In this document: positions 10,327 to 22,860 of the stretch, piece by piece
Numbering within the stretch: the stretch's first letter is position 1
Layout: every line of letters starts with the position of its first letter
DNA from: Callorhinchus milii
Taxonomy: Eukaryota
DNA length: 64,000 bases
Direction of reading: 5' to 3'
Assembly: GCF_018977255.1 (NCBI RefSeq)
Contig: NW_024704743.1
Span: 59,398,001 to 59,462,000, forward strand
Position numbers and translations under genes: made by a program
The notes under the pieces: generated by a model
What the model saw: the letters and a program-made list of their open reading frames with translations, nothing else
What the model was told of the DNA's origin: nothing
Databases searched by the model: none

Positions 10327-13300
10327 ATATAATCACCGAGATCTTTCTATCGCCTGAACACATGTAATCCATATTATTAAAATACCGGTCACCCTCTGTC
10401 TTTGCATTTTAGATGAATCTGAAGTATGAGTTATTTGTCAGATAAAGCATCATTAACTTCTCAATTGACAGTGCTGGGTTTTCCCTTCACACCCATTCTC
10501 TATTTATTATACTACTTAAACAAATGGCTGGATTTGAAAATGGTCGATTCTTAAAACTCAATTTACTTTATGCTCTTCCTCAGACTCCCCATCGCATATT
10601 TTCTGTTCAAATGGTTTCAGTGGAAGAAACGCTTCGCGTTCAGAATCACTTTCATTATACTTGCGAATTATATTTGATTATAAAAAGGAGCAGAAGAGAA
10701 AATAGTTAAATAGCATTTGAGCGCAGAGGGCGACTAAATATTTGCAAGGATGGTTTTACCCGGGGAGCAGATGAATTGTGATAGCAGGAACATCAGAAGA
10801 AAAAAGATTTCAGCCAATGCTCTGTCTGACGCACCGCTTCTAAATCCCTCGATGGTTCTTAACTATTCATTTTCTCACCTGTGAAGATTAGGAAACTAAA
10901 CAGGTGCTTAAGTACTCCAGTCGCTGTTGTCTTGTTAGGAGGTCGGTAGTGTTGCAATTTAATTAATTGGAATAAATGGAAATACATGTTCACACTGAAC
11001 CCAGAATTTCCCTCAACTCTCCAGTCAAAGTACTCCAGCAGCCGTGCCAACCGCAAATATACAGACAGACCCGCTTGGGGTCCAGTATGTAGCAGCAGTG
11101 TACTGCACAATTTGTAATTTGTTATTACCAAGACCCGAGGAAGAGTGCAAACTTTACTGATCTGAACAAAAAATACAACGTATGCAGAAAAAGAAAAATA
11201 ATGGGAATGGCACGCCACTTTATTCCTTTTGTAAAAAAAAAACCACCACAGTGTGTTATTTGGAAACGTCGAATCTTAACTCCACATTTATTTTAGGTTT
11301 TTATATTTGTTTCATAAATTTGTAGAGGCAATCTCCAATGAAGTACTGTGTGTCCAATGTAACCATTTCCAACTGTCTCTTGACACATATCTGGGTGATC
11401 GCTGCACCTTAAAAACTATCAGATTGGGGTTGTTATCAGTCTGTCGCTCTTTCTTGTACCATAAATATAAGACAGCATTGCAACTTGACTTCTTCCCTGA
11501 AACACTATAATGGATTGAAATAATACCATTGAATCTTGGTGACAATGAGAGTTAGCTATCAAGTGTTGTTTGTTTGTTGCTATCCAGTCTTTGCAAACAT
11601 CATGTGAGCAGACTGTTGAACCAAGCAACGACTCAACCCCAACCTCCACCCCCCAACAGAGAGCGCCCTGGTGTTGGAGCAGAGCAGTGTCCCCCTCCCT
11701 CCCCAGCTGCTCTGACCTGGAACAGCCCTCATGCACAACATGAGAGAGATCATCTCAGTGATTCCGCCCCCACTGCCTGTGTGCAAGCCAACATCACAGC
11801 CACTGACTCATACCGATGCACGATTTCAAACCATATCGTGAGCAAAAGCTATATTTTGAAAAGCAAATAATGTTTATTCGAAATGCTTTTCGTAAAAAAA
11901 ACGTTGATCATAACTTTATAAGCCTTCGCAATGCAGAGAGGTAATTCGACAGGTCATTGAAACACTCGTCTCTTCTCAATCCTTTTCCCACTATGAGCGA
12001 GGAGTTTCGATGGAATGGGTGGAAAGCCTCACTGGTCCACAACCAATAATTTGCCTCAATCCAATTTAAAGAGGATTAGGAATCAGGATTTATTTAACAA
12101 GTTCTGGCTGTAATCTATCTCAATGGATTATCTAACTATTGCTAATGCTCACTGTTGATTCATGCAGGGGAATTGGATTGGGTCCAACCAAGCAAAGTCA
12201 GTTTAGAAAAGAGACTTCCATTTCCTTTATCCTATAAATTGAGTACGATCAATCCACTCCATCTTATTTCCAGGCAACGGAATGCTCCCACTTCTCAGAC
12301 ACACTCACGTTGATGTAACGAGGCCACTTATGAGATAAGTCTTTAAAAATGAATACAACATATGCACGACGTTGACCTTTCTTTTTGAACTTATGGTCTC
12401 ATCCAATCGCCTTTTTTATTTTTATTTACCAGAAGGAAATACGTTCCCGATATTAGATTTGTAGGAAACATTATGACTGCTGAATATGATGAATACAACG
12501 GAACAGGTGCAAAAGAAGAAAAATATATAAACATACAGCTCGAGGCATATATTATTCCAACCACAAATTCTCAATGCGCGATTGCCAACGCCGCTTGCTC
12601 GGTTTTCAGAGTTTGGATTGCTGTAAGTGCCAAATCCTACCTGGGATTCTGTAGACAGACACATTGTTTTTCTTTTTATTGCAAGGAACAAAAGTATACA
12701 CCGCAATGTATCATCCCGTTTCACCTGTCCGTGCCGAACACAAACGTCCAAACATTTAACACAAGCTAAAGATGTCAGATCTATTATTCTGTTTGACTTG
12801 GTCGTGTTTCGCACAATAAGAATTTTCCCTCTGAAATCCAAAATAGTGCTCTGATATGACTAACGTTATTATTATGTTGAGCTAAGTCTCTCTAGAGAGT
12901 ACGGTTGTTGCATTGATAGAGATTCCTTCTGCAGTATTTCTTCCAATTGCTATCACTACTAAGAGACTCCAATAGTAACAATGTTTATTCAGTGTTTTTT
13001 TTGAAGTACAAATAGCTTCTAGATCTGGATTTGCTTTGAACATGTTGAAAATATCAATGGGTGAGTTAAATTGTGGTGCAAGTTTAGCCACTGAATTTCA
13101 AAGCATTGCTCCTTTCTCCAACTATTAATATTTCTTCTCGTGGTGAAAGAGTGATAGATGTTACAAGAAAGTTTGTGGTCTGTTCCATAAGTCTCTGAAA
13201 TCATTCAGGTGGGGCTATTACTTTGGGTAATTCCATACTCTGTATAATTGTACGCCGTTTGTCCGTCTCGATTCCCTGCAAATAAATGGAGGCAGTAACC

Positions 13301-14392
13301 TCCTGGAGCCGCGCAGTCAGGACGCTGGCGAGCTTGGCGGACAGTGCTAGGGTTTGCCAGATCTCCAGGCCAAATGTTTCCAACAATGTTGTAGGCTTGA
13401 ACCTACAACCTCCTGATTCAGAAGCAAAAGTGCCATCAAATGAGCCAGCCTGACACACATCAGATCTTGGAACTCATACAAACTTTTAGGTTAACTCTCT
13501 AATGCAGTGCTGAGGGGGGTGTTTCTTTGTTTCAGGTGTCTTTCAAATGACACTGTCATTTGAGGTCTGTCTGCCTGTTTGGGGGTGGGGGGTAGTGTTA
13601 AAAATGACATGGCACTATTTGAAAAGAGGAGGGAGTTTCTCCTGGTATCTTGGCCAACAGTCTTCCAAATAAAATTGGTCATTTACTTCATAGCTGTTAT
13701 GGGACATTGCTGTGTGCAAATTGACGACTACATTTACCTGCAAAATACACAATCACAACACTTTACAGCATATGCTGTGAAGCTCTAGGAGACATTCACC
13801 AACGAAATACACTGTATCAAATGAGAGGATTGTTTTATTATTATACCAGTAACTCACTTTGGAGGTGTCTCCAGATGTTTAGACTGCTTTGCAGTCTCCC
13901 CTCCTTTTAAAAATAATAAAATGCTAATAAATGAGCTGAATGCATAATAATAATTATTATTACTAGCTGAATGCTTGAAAAAGATTAGAGAAATGAGATA
14001 TCTCAAAGCGCTTCACTGGATTGTATTTTGTAGGGGAAGGGGAGGTAAGAGGGGTCACCTTGGAGCTGAACTGGCTCCAAGGTGACATGCCTGGCAATGG
14101 CATGTCGGAATCGAGCCAGCCCCCTGTGATGGTCTCAGGGGTCCGGGTCCACAGTGTTCCAGCCTGGCTCATCGGCAGGACCTGGAAGGGCAGACCAGTC
14201 ACTGGGGGCAGGGAGTCATCCCTCTCAGCTCCTGTTAACCCTGCAAGTCAAAGCCCTAACGGTGGCCCCAGATGGGCAAGCAGCGGGAAAGCTTGCCGGA
14301 CAGCAACATCAATGGCAAGCTGTGTGGTTTTAGCTGGTTAGACTCCAGCAGTACCACAGCGCAGAATCTGGGGGCCCGGAGTCTGGTTTGGT

Positions 14393-14867
14393 CACTCCGT
14401 GACCCCATCTCCCCCACTCTCGCCCGACTCCATTGGCTCCCTATCCTTCAGAGGATCCAGCTCAAGATCCTGGTCCTCACCTACAAAGCCCTCCATGGCC
14501 TCGCCCCACCCTACCCCTGCGACCTGCTAACCCCCTACCAACCCGCCCGCTCCCTCCGCTCAGCCGGCTCCGGGCTGCTCCGTGTCCCCCGACCCACCCG
14601 CCCCACCATTGGCGGGAGAGCCTTCAGCCACTCTGCCCCCAACCTCCGGAACTCCATCGCCCACTCACTCCACCTCACCCCCTCCTTCAAGTCCCACCTC
14701 AAGACCCTCCTCTTCGACTATGCCATCGGCCACCCCCCCCCTTCCCCTCCCCTCCCCCCTCCTGACCCCAGTTGGGGTCTGAAATGCTGTGCACCGTCCA
14801 GGCCTTTGGGACGTCCTCCCGACGACGCGAAAAGTGCCACACAAATGTAATGTTGTCGTTGTTGCTG
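14393..14867 (+). mobile_element. 5'-truncated L2 LINE immediately upstream of the CpG island
   Basis: PISPTLARLHWLPILQRIQLKIL...FKSHLKTLLF and tail gggacgtcctcccgacg...(GTT)n. Confidence 0.9.
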
Positions 14868-15265
14868 TCGGATACTCTTTAAGCTGAGCGATGGGCTTCC
14901 ACGTGTGTCAGACACCCGCGGACAAAAATAAAAAGCAAAAGCTGTTACAACGAGGCCGTTATCTGATCAGAGGCATTGACCTCGAGCCGCTTATGGTTGT
15001 TGATCGCTGTGGGAGGGCGGAAGCAGAAGTGAGAGCGGCGGCGGCGGCGGCGAGTGGGGACGGACGGGGGCGGCGGCGCGGAGGAGGGAAAGCCATTTTT
15101 GGCGGTTTGATTGTTGCTCAGTTTCACGTCGGCCATTGTGCTGCTGCGCGCGTTCGGTTTTTTTTTTGAAACGACACGAACGAACAATTCTTTGTATCGG
15201 GTGCCCTCCGGCGCGGCGGGAGGTGTCCGGCCGGGTCCCGCCGGGAAGGGCACGGGGGAGAGGAG

Positions 15266-16104
15266 ATGAGGCTGGGGAGGCCGGGCTCGGGCTCGGGCCC
15301 TCGGGGAGGAGCGCTCGGCTTCCCGCTCGGCGCCGCCTGGCTCCTGCTGGTCGGCGCGTGCGCCGCAACGGCAGCAACGCTCGCGGCGGATTTGAATTCG
15401 GGCCGTGAGCTCGCGCCGGACAGGCCCGGGGGCCCCCCGCCGGACAGGCCCGGGGGCCCCCCGCCGGACAGGCCCGGGGGGCCCCCGCCGGACAGGCCCG
15501 GGGCCCCCCGCCGGACAGGCCCGGGGCCCCCGCCGGACAGGCCCGGGGGCCCCCCGCCGGACAGGCCCGGGGGCCCCCCGCCGGACAGGCCCGGGGGCCC
15601 CCCGCCGGACAGGCCCGGGGGCCCCCCGCCGGACAGGCCCGGGGGCCCCCCGCCGGACAGGCCCGGGGGCCCCCCGCCGGACAGGCCCGGGGGCCCCCCG
15701 CCGGACAGGCCCGGGGCCGCGCTGCGGTTTTACGGGCGGAGCGGGGACGTGCTGCGGATGGTAAAAGAGCAGACGGCTCACGGTCACGGCTCCCCGCCGC
15801 CCGGAGCGGCCCGGCTTCGGCGGCAACGGCCGGAGCCGGGCGAGGCTGCTCCCTCCTTCCAGCTGGACACGCTGGACGGCCCGCTGGCCTACCCGCTCCG
15901 GGAGGCCGCCGCGCTGCTCTTCCACGCCTTCACCAACAAGTCGGGCTTCCTCGAGTGCCTGTGGACGGCGCCGGAGTCGCTGGGCGCCCTGGTGGCCGGG
16001 GAGCTGCCCGACAGCAGCCATGTGCTCTTCATGTCCTTCGACGACAGCGCGGCCCATGATGTCAGGTGGATGAAGCAGCAGCTGGTCAGCTCCATGGAAA
16101 AAAG
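15266..16104 (+). CDS. PNGase F-like secreted amidase, exon 1 (signal peptide, PDRPGGPP repeats, RLRRQR basic site, start of redoxin-like domain)
   Basis: ORF 15266. Hydrophobic stretch LGAAWLLLVGACAATAATLAA. GEAAPSFQLDTLDG resembles the start of an AhpC/redoxin fold. Donor AAAAG|gtacag; 839 nt, phase 2, compatible with exon 2. Confidence 0.85.
15416..15718 (+). repeat. Coding minisatellite, 24-nt unit CCGGACAGGCCCGGGGGCCCCCCG (PDRPGGPP), 12 units plus a partial 13th
   Basis: Counted directly. Units start at 15416, 15440, 15464, 15488 (23 nt), 15511 (22 nt), 15533, 15557, 15581, 15605, 15629, 15653, 15677 and 15701 (partial). Confidence 0.97.
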
Positions 16105-16924
16105 GTACAGACCTGTAGGTACACACACACACACACACAGAGGGAGAGAGACAGAGGTGTTATGTGGTGGAGAGTGAGTTTGATCTCATTCTTCAGAGTG
16201 ACATCTGACAATAATCGGCCGCCTGCCATGTGTTATAGGACCTTTTCAGTCCGAGGATTCTCAAGCTCTTCAGAGGGTTGACAGGAATGTGTGGTGACGG
16301 TGTATTCTGGAGGTAAATGTGGCAAAGCCTGAAAGCTGCGCTGGCCTCCAAGTTGACTTGCGTGACAGCAGAATGTCGGAGTCGAGGCACTCCTCTGTGG
16401 CGGTCTCCGTGGTCGGTCCGGTATCTGAACCGGGCGAGTCCGCAGTATTCCAGGGCACTGCTGATGGCAGCACAGCCGCACTGGCTCATTGGCAGGACCT
16501 GGAAGGGCAGACCGGTCACCGGAGACCGGACTCTTCTCACTCTACTCCCGTTAGCTGGACAAGCAGTGGAAAGCTTGTGAGATTGTGCTCAATGGCAGAT
16601 TATGCAGTTTTAGCCGGTTAAACTGCAGCAGGACACCCAACACACACTGTGGTCTGCAAGACGTGGCTCGTGCCAGCTGCTCCTGATGCTCACCAGAATT
16701 AGGCAAGCAGGATGCATCTGTACAGGGAGAGAGAGTACACTTTCCATTCCTGGATAGGTGGCGTACATATGTGGTACTCTCAGGCTGATTTGGATACCTT
16801 TAAGCGTGGTAATGGGTTTCTGCATGTGTCAGATACTCAACAAACAAAAAACTCAACTCAGATCACTGAATGAATAAACTTCACCCCCTGCTGTAGGTTT
16901 AAAAAAAAATCCATTGCTGCATAC

Positions 16925-17460
16925 AAGAACAACAATTTACAGTTGTATAGCACCCTTCAAGTTGGAAAGATGTCACAGGGCTCTGGACAGTCAGAACCTT
17001 TTAGATCTAAGCTAGGGGTTTGGGTCAGGAGGGATGGAGGGAAGGTGGCAGGAGGCGTGGTCGAAGAGGAAGATCTTTAGATGGGACTTGAAGGAGGCAA
17101 GAGAGGGATTGAGACGGAGGGATTGCAGGATAGAGTTCCAGAGTGTGGGAGCAGAGATGCTGAATGCCTGACAGCCAATGGTGGGGCGGGAAGTGTGGGG
17201 AACCTGAAGCAGGCTGGTGTCCACCGAGTGGAGGGAGCAGATCGGCTGATATGGGGTTATGAGTTGGGAGAGGTAGGGGGCAGTAAGACCGTGGAGGGCT
17301 TTGAAAGTGAGAATGAGGGTTTTGTCCTCTGTTCTCCATGGGATGGAGAGCCAGTGAAGACGGGTGAGAACGGGGGTGATTGGATCGTGGAGCCTGAGAG
17401 GACACAAGCTGCAGAGTTCTGAATAATCTGCAGCTTGTGGAAGGAAGAGTTGGGAAATCC
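16925..17460 (-). mobile_element. L2 LINE 3' fragment
   Basis: LQIIQNSAA...ITPVLTRLHWL...FKSHLKIFLF. Confidence 0.88.
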
Positions 17461-18842
17461 AGTGTTAATAATTCGACAGTTGACCGTAAGAGTATAGTGT
17501 TTATTTCCACTAATATCAGCTATATATATATGACAAACAGTAAAGTTCAGCAATGTAAATGTAAACCATATGACCATATAACAACACAATAGGCTGCAAC
17601 ATACAACGACACGGATATACAACCAATCTAAAAACAATACTTAATCACAGAACTATCACACAGAATCAAGGAGTGGCTCCTGTAACTCAACAGAAACGAT
17701 CAGCTCTTAGTCCAGCACCTCACTCATGCTGCCTAACCTGACTACTGCATTTCAAATGGACCAACCACTACTACTGTTATTACTTCTATGCCTAGCAGAC
17801 AGAACCGAAAACATATTACCCACTACTCTTCCTCTTTCACTTTTAATAGTCACTTTCTTACTGGAGGTAAATTCCCACACCCCTGTACGTATACATGGAT
17901 ACAGAATGGGATGTACACTGACCCTCTACACAACTCCAACTATTTCAAAGTTACATCTTTTAGGTGTTTCTAACTCTACCTCTGCTTGTCACAGAGATAG
18001 CCCCCACCCTTCGCAGGCTGCTTTGCACAGAGAGATATGGACAACGTACTTCTCAGCCTTGAGATAGGCAGGTGTCTGAGGCTGCAGCCTTTTCTTTCTG
18101 TGGTCCATTGATCTTACATCTGTGCTCAAGGACCCCTTTGCTCATTATCTCAGAGGAGTGAACATCTTCCCAGAAAAATATGAAATGTAATCAGATGCTA
18201 ACCTCAGCCCGTCCAGCAAAGCTACCTTTAACCATTTAACTATCAAACCTTCTGGAACATTCGGTTGCTGTTTGAAATATACCAAGGCACTCTGAGGTGA
18301 TAGTTGGTTTATTTCAACACCAGCGAGCAGGCAGTCAGCATAGTCAAGCCGGATACATGGAATGTAAGGATTATTATATGCATATCCATTCAAGAAAATC
18401 TCCAAATTGTAAGCATGATTTTATTATTAAGTAGATGTGCAGCAAAGCAGCAATTTCTTGTAAGTGACATGCTACCGTGTGTCAGCCTGGGCTCATTTGG
18501 CAGCATTCTTGCCTCTGAGTCAGAAGATTCTGGCTTCAGGCCCCAAGTCGGGACTGTGAGCTGGGTCTAGACTGATGCTTCAGTGAATGTTGGGCAACTG
18601 CTGGACTGTTCTTTAGATGAGATGTTAAACCCAGGTCCTGTCTTCCCGTTTAAATGGATCTTAATGATCCCATGACACTTTTTGAAAAGAGAAGGAAATT
18701 TCTCCAGGTATCCTGGCCAACAATCTCACAGATAAAATTAGTCATTATTAATAGTGGCTCCTGAATGAAATAACCAAGTCAATAAATTTCTTCTTCTTTA
18801 AACATGCTTTTCTTCCCTCTGCTGTTTGCTTCAATTTTCTCT

Positions 18843-19440
18843 CTCCCCCACTTCCGAAACATCGCCCAGCTGCGCCACTATCTCTCACCGAAGGCTGCTG
18901 AAACCCTCATACACGCATTCATAACATCGAGGCTTGACTATGCAAACTCCTTGCTTGTCGGCCTCCCCAACTTCTCCCTCCATAGGGTGCAGATCATCCA
19001 GAACTCTGCAGCCCGTGTCCTCTCCCACACAAGACTCCGTGTCCGTATCACCCCGATACTCGCCTGACTCCACTGGCTTCCCCTCAACAGAGAATGCAGA
19101 TCAAGATCCTGGTCCTCATCTTCAAAATAATCCATGGCCTTGCTCCCCCCCCCCCCCCCCAACCTCTGCGACCATTGGCAGGTGGGTCTTCTGCCATTCT
19201 GCCCCAACATCTGTGGGGTGGAACTCCACTCCCCGTAGTCCCCCTCCCTTGCCTCCTTCAAGACCCATCTCAAGACCTGCCTCTGACCGTGCTTTCAATC
19301 ACCCTGCTTCCCCCCCCTCCCGCCCTCCACCCTCCCTAATCCGGACTCCCAGCTTGGGTCTGAAACACTGACTGTCCATTGCCTTGGGATGTCGTCCCGA
19401 TGTGAAAGGCGGTATACAAATGTAATTTTGTTGTTGTTGT
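18843..19440 (+). mobile_element. L2 LINE 3' fragment
   Basis: HFRNIAQLRHYL...RLDYANSLL...QNSAARVL; ends in a (GTT)n tail. Confidence 0.88.
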
Positions 19441-21762
19441 CTCTTTCTCTTCTGGCTCTTCTGAAGAAATTTTGATTTTTTTCCTTCTACTGACATATGG
19501 TACTATGGCAGCTAATTGCCCTCTGAGTTTTGCACAAGTGGTCATTATCATCTATGAAGGAGTCTTGATGGTAAATGTGAAGTAGTTCACTGGACCAGAG
19601 GACAAGTGGATCACAGCAAAGGTCAACCTCCATATGAATGCATGCATGATGAGATGCTTGAAAGGCACATGGATTTTGTTTGTAAGACCATTATAAAAAA
19701 ATATTTAAGGTGATGTAGAATTATAGAAAATTCTGAATTTGATTTGAAAGCCGTTTTTCCACATTTCTTAAAAAGAACCATTTTTCCTCTTGCTAACCAG
19801 CAACACTCCCCCGCTAAAAGACATCGTCAACCTTTCTTTGTCCACAGGCACAGTTCCCATACCTTTCAAATTGAGACTGAATTGGAAGAAGTTTTCACAA
19901 TTCTGTAGGATCTTAACTTTACAGGTTAAGCCTAGAAGGAATTTTGTGCCTGTGGAGCATGAATTTTAGATGTTTTCTTGTACCCTCCCACCTCTGACCC
20001 AGAGGCACGGAGGCCAATTGCAACACCCTAATTGCTGATAAAACTAAGATCAGCAAATTCATCACAGACTGGGACATGAGCCCATGAGATTAGTTTTAGA
20101 TTTAATATTTGTGCACTATTCCAATGGTAGGAAATGTGTCGATCTTTATTAGGCAGAGTGTGGCAAATGTAAAGAATCCGTGAAGAAAATGCCTTGAAGA
20201 ATGACTTTTTAGCTTTTCATTTTATAGTGGAATTTACTGACTTAATGATACTGATTTTTTATGGGAAAGGACCTCAATCCACAGAACTTATGTTTAAAGT
20301 GACATGCACATTATTACTACAGGAAGTGGGAGTCAGAATTCACAATTTCAAGGTGTACCTAGTGGCCTGATGGAACAGGTTTTATTGCAAGAATATTACA
20401 AAGCAATTTCAAATACTTGTGGCTCTGCAGCACTTAAAGCTGCTGACTGTGCAAAATAATGTACTCCATGGACATGGTGCAACGTGCTAGGGGGAAATTG
20501 AAAGAGTCCCGGAGGTGTTAGTTATCTCATTGTTCATTGTGTTGAAACTGTGTGGCAGGAATAAACAAGATAGACAGGGTCAGTTAAGTGGAGAACTCGT
20601 GCTCAAGGTATACAGTGCTCTGGTTAGGCTGAACCTAGGTACATTTCTCTCCAGCTGAACTATTGTGTCTGCATGAATATTATTCTAAAAGGAAATTGTT
20701 GAATACTTGTTGTAAAAGTGCGAAGAGTATAGGGAAAGAGTTGAAAATTGGAATAAATAAAAAAGAGTAATGCAGAAAATAGATAACAGTAGTGGTGTTA
20801 AACCTAAAGTGCCGAATGACCTCCTTTTGTGCTGAAAAATTCTGTCTTCTAAAGGAAAAAAAATTGTTTCTATGAAATGCATAATCAGGAAGAGGTCCAA
20901 ATGCTGGATTCATTTAAGAAATGGTGTGGGATGACTTTTCAAATTAATAATAAATAATCTTTGCATTTGATGTAGCACCTTTCACGTGAGGAGGATATCT
21001 GAAAGTGTTTCACAGGATTAATATAAAATCTATAATGTAAACCTTCATTTTGGGAATCCCCTTCTAATACTTTGTGTGTGTGTGTTGGGGGAGAGAGAGA
21101 GCTCAAAGAGTTTATATATGTTTGTTTGTCTGCTATATATCACTTTGGACTTTTAAATTGCCTCTTTCTGTGCTTAAAATTTCTATGGTTATGTTTGTTA
21201 GAATGGGTTAGCAGGTACCTCACTGGTCTAACCAGTTCTGCCATCCACCAAGGTCCAGCTCATACAAAACTCTGCTGCCCGCATGCTCCTCCATACTGAA
21301 CTCTGCACACCCATCACCCAATTCTCATCAGGCTCTACTGGCTCTCTATCTCTGAGAGGATCTTGAAAGGATCGATCATATACACATCGATCACGCTCTA
21401 GCACCTCCCCACCTCTCTAACTTGCTCGTACATCACTTGCTTTGCTTACCCGCTCAGCTAACACAGGCCATTTTTTTTATTGGTGAGCAAGGTTAGGCCT
21501 GCTCACCCCCATTAACCGAATTAGACCAAATATGTTCCATTTAGGAAAGTTTGTCTCCGCAGACAAGCCCCAAACTCTTTTAGGCCCAAATTGTCAAAGG
21601 ACAATGCGGACCTGAGACCTATCCTCACGACCACTTGAGCAAGTCAGGTGAATAGATCACCTCTCCGGCAGGCAAGCCCGTCCTGAGCCTCGTGACCAAG
21701 TTCTCGTGTCCCTCAATCGGTCCTCGCCACAAGGGTGTTACAGAGGCTAGGGACATAGTTAT

Positions 21763-22128
21763 AATATAATCCTTGCATTTGAATAGTGCCTTATCACGTC
21801 TTCGAGACATCTCAAAGTGTTTCACAGAATATACTGTAAAGTGATTTGACTGTGTTTTATGAGTGAAATGCGGCAGCGAATTTCGCACATCAGTGTCCCA
21901 CAAACAGTTGTAGATTGACCAAATTATTATTATTTTGATTTATATATTTTATTTTTGAGGGGTTATTGAGGCCAATCGACTATTAACCAGGTCCCTACGT
22001 ACTGGAAGGTAAACAGAGGCATGTGGAGTAAGGAAACTTGCCTAAGGTTTTGCCCTGACTGGGAATCGCACCAAGGTCCTCTTGATTGCAAGGCAAATGC
22101 TCTAACCAATACATTGCAGGATTCTACT
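21763..22128 (-). mobile_element. DeuSINE, diverged full-length copy
   Basis: Tail aatccttgcatttga, Deu core and a degenerate tRNA head. Confidence 0.8.
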
Positions 22129-22829
22129 GAAGGCATATGTCCCGAGCTGCTGGAACTCCCTGCCTCAATCCCTCTGTTATGCCCCCTCTATATGTTTAAA
22201 TCCGACCTTAAGACTTATCTCTTTGACTGTGCTCATGGTACCCTCCTCTATCTCCTTTGCTTGGCGTCCAATCCTTCCACGCTCTTGAGATGCTGTTCTG
22301 TATGAAGGCTATACACCCACACAAGTAGCTGTTTCTGTGTCGTTGTGAAAATCAGCAATCCTTGCCTTGCATTGCTATCCCTGAAACTGCTGCTTGTAGG
22401 TCAAGCTCGAGAGCAACGTGTTCTTGGTGGGAGGAAAATCAATAATATTACCGGGTAAAATAGCTTTAGCCTTGTTAACCTCAGTGCTGTTTCATTTTCT
22501 TATCCTCAGTGTAGATGAAATTACATGGTCAAAAGCCATATGTAGGAGGCAACAAAGATTTGTGTCTAGGGTGTTTTTTAGGATTGTTAATACAGTTCAG
22601 CAATATGATTCAATTATCATCATTGTATCACTTTGTTTGCCAAGATTAGCGTGAGCTGTCTTTATAGCTAGGTCTGTTATATGCATCAAGTCTACAATTT
22701 AATTGTTGTTAAACCTCTCTGTTAAGCAGTAGATAAAATGGTGTGTCAAAACAAGTCTCTCTTCCACCTATGCATGAGTGCTGGTACAAGCTTTGCGAGT
22801 CGGCCATCGTGTATCAGCCTGGCTCAGGT

Positions 22830-22860
<31 letters not shown>

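Larger units (their letters stand above)
14990..16104. promoter_or_regulatory. CpG island covering the promoter and exon 1 of the PNGase gene
   Basis: Abrupt shift to very GC-rich, CpG-dense sequence in an AT-rich background; GC boxes (gggcgg) near 15015 and 15068. Confidence 0.85.

Noticed and set aside
13317..13348. Second RE1-like site (tcaggacg...ggacagtgc)
   Set aside because: The left half is mismatched and the spacer is too long; compatible with chance.
15416..15718. CRISPR-like regular repeat array
   Set aside because: Units are contiguous with no unique spacers, the context is eukaryotic and there are no cas genes. It is a coding minisatellite.
14945..16138. 397-aa antisense ORF and other overlapping ORFs across the CpG island
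   Set aside because: Stop-poor shadow frames of GC-rich, tandem-repeated exon 1. It starts in a (GT)n microsatellite and has no recognisable domain.
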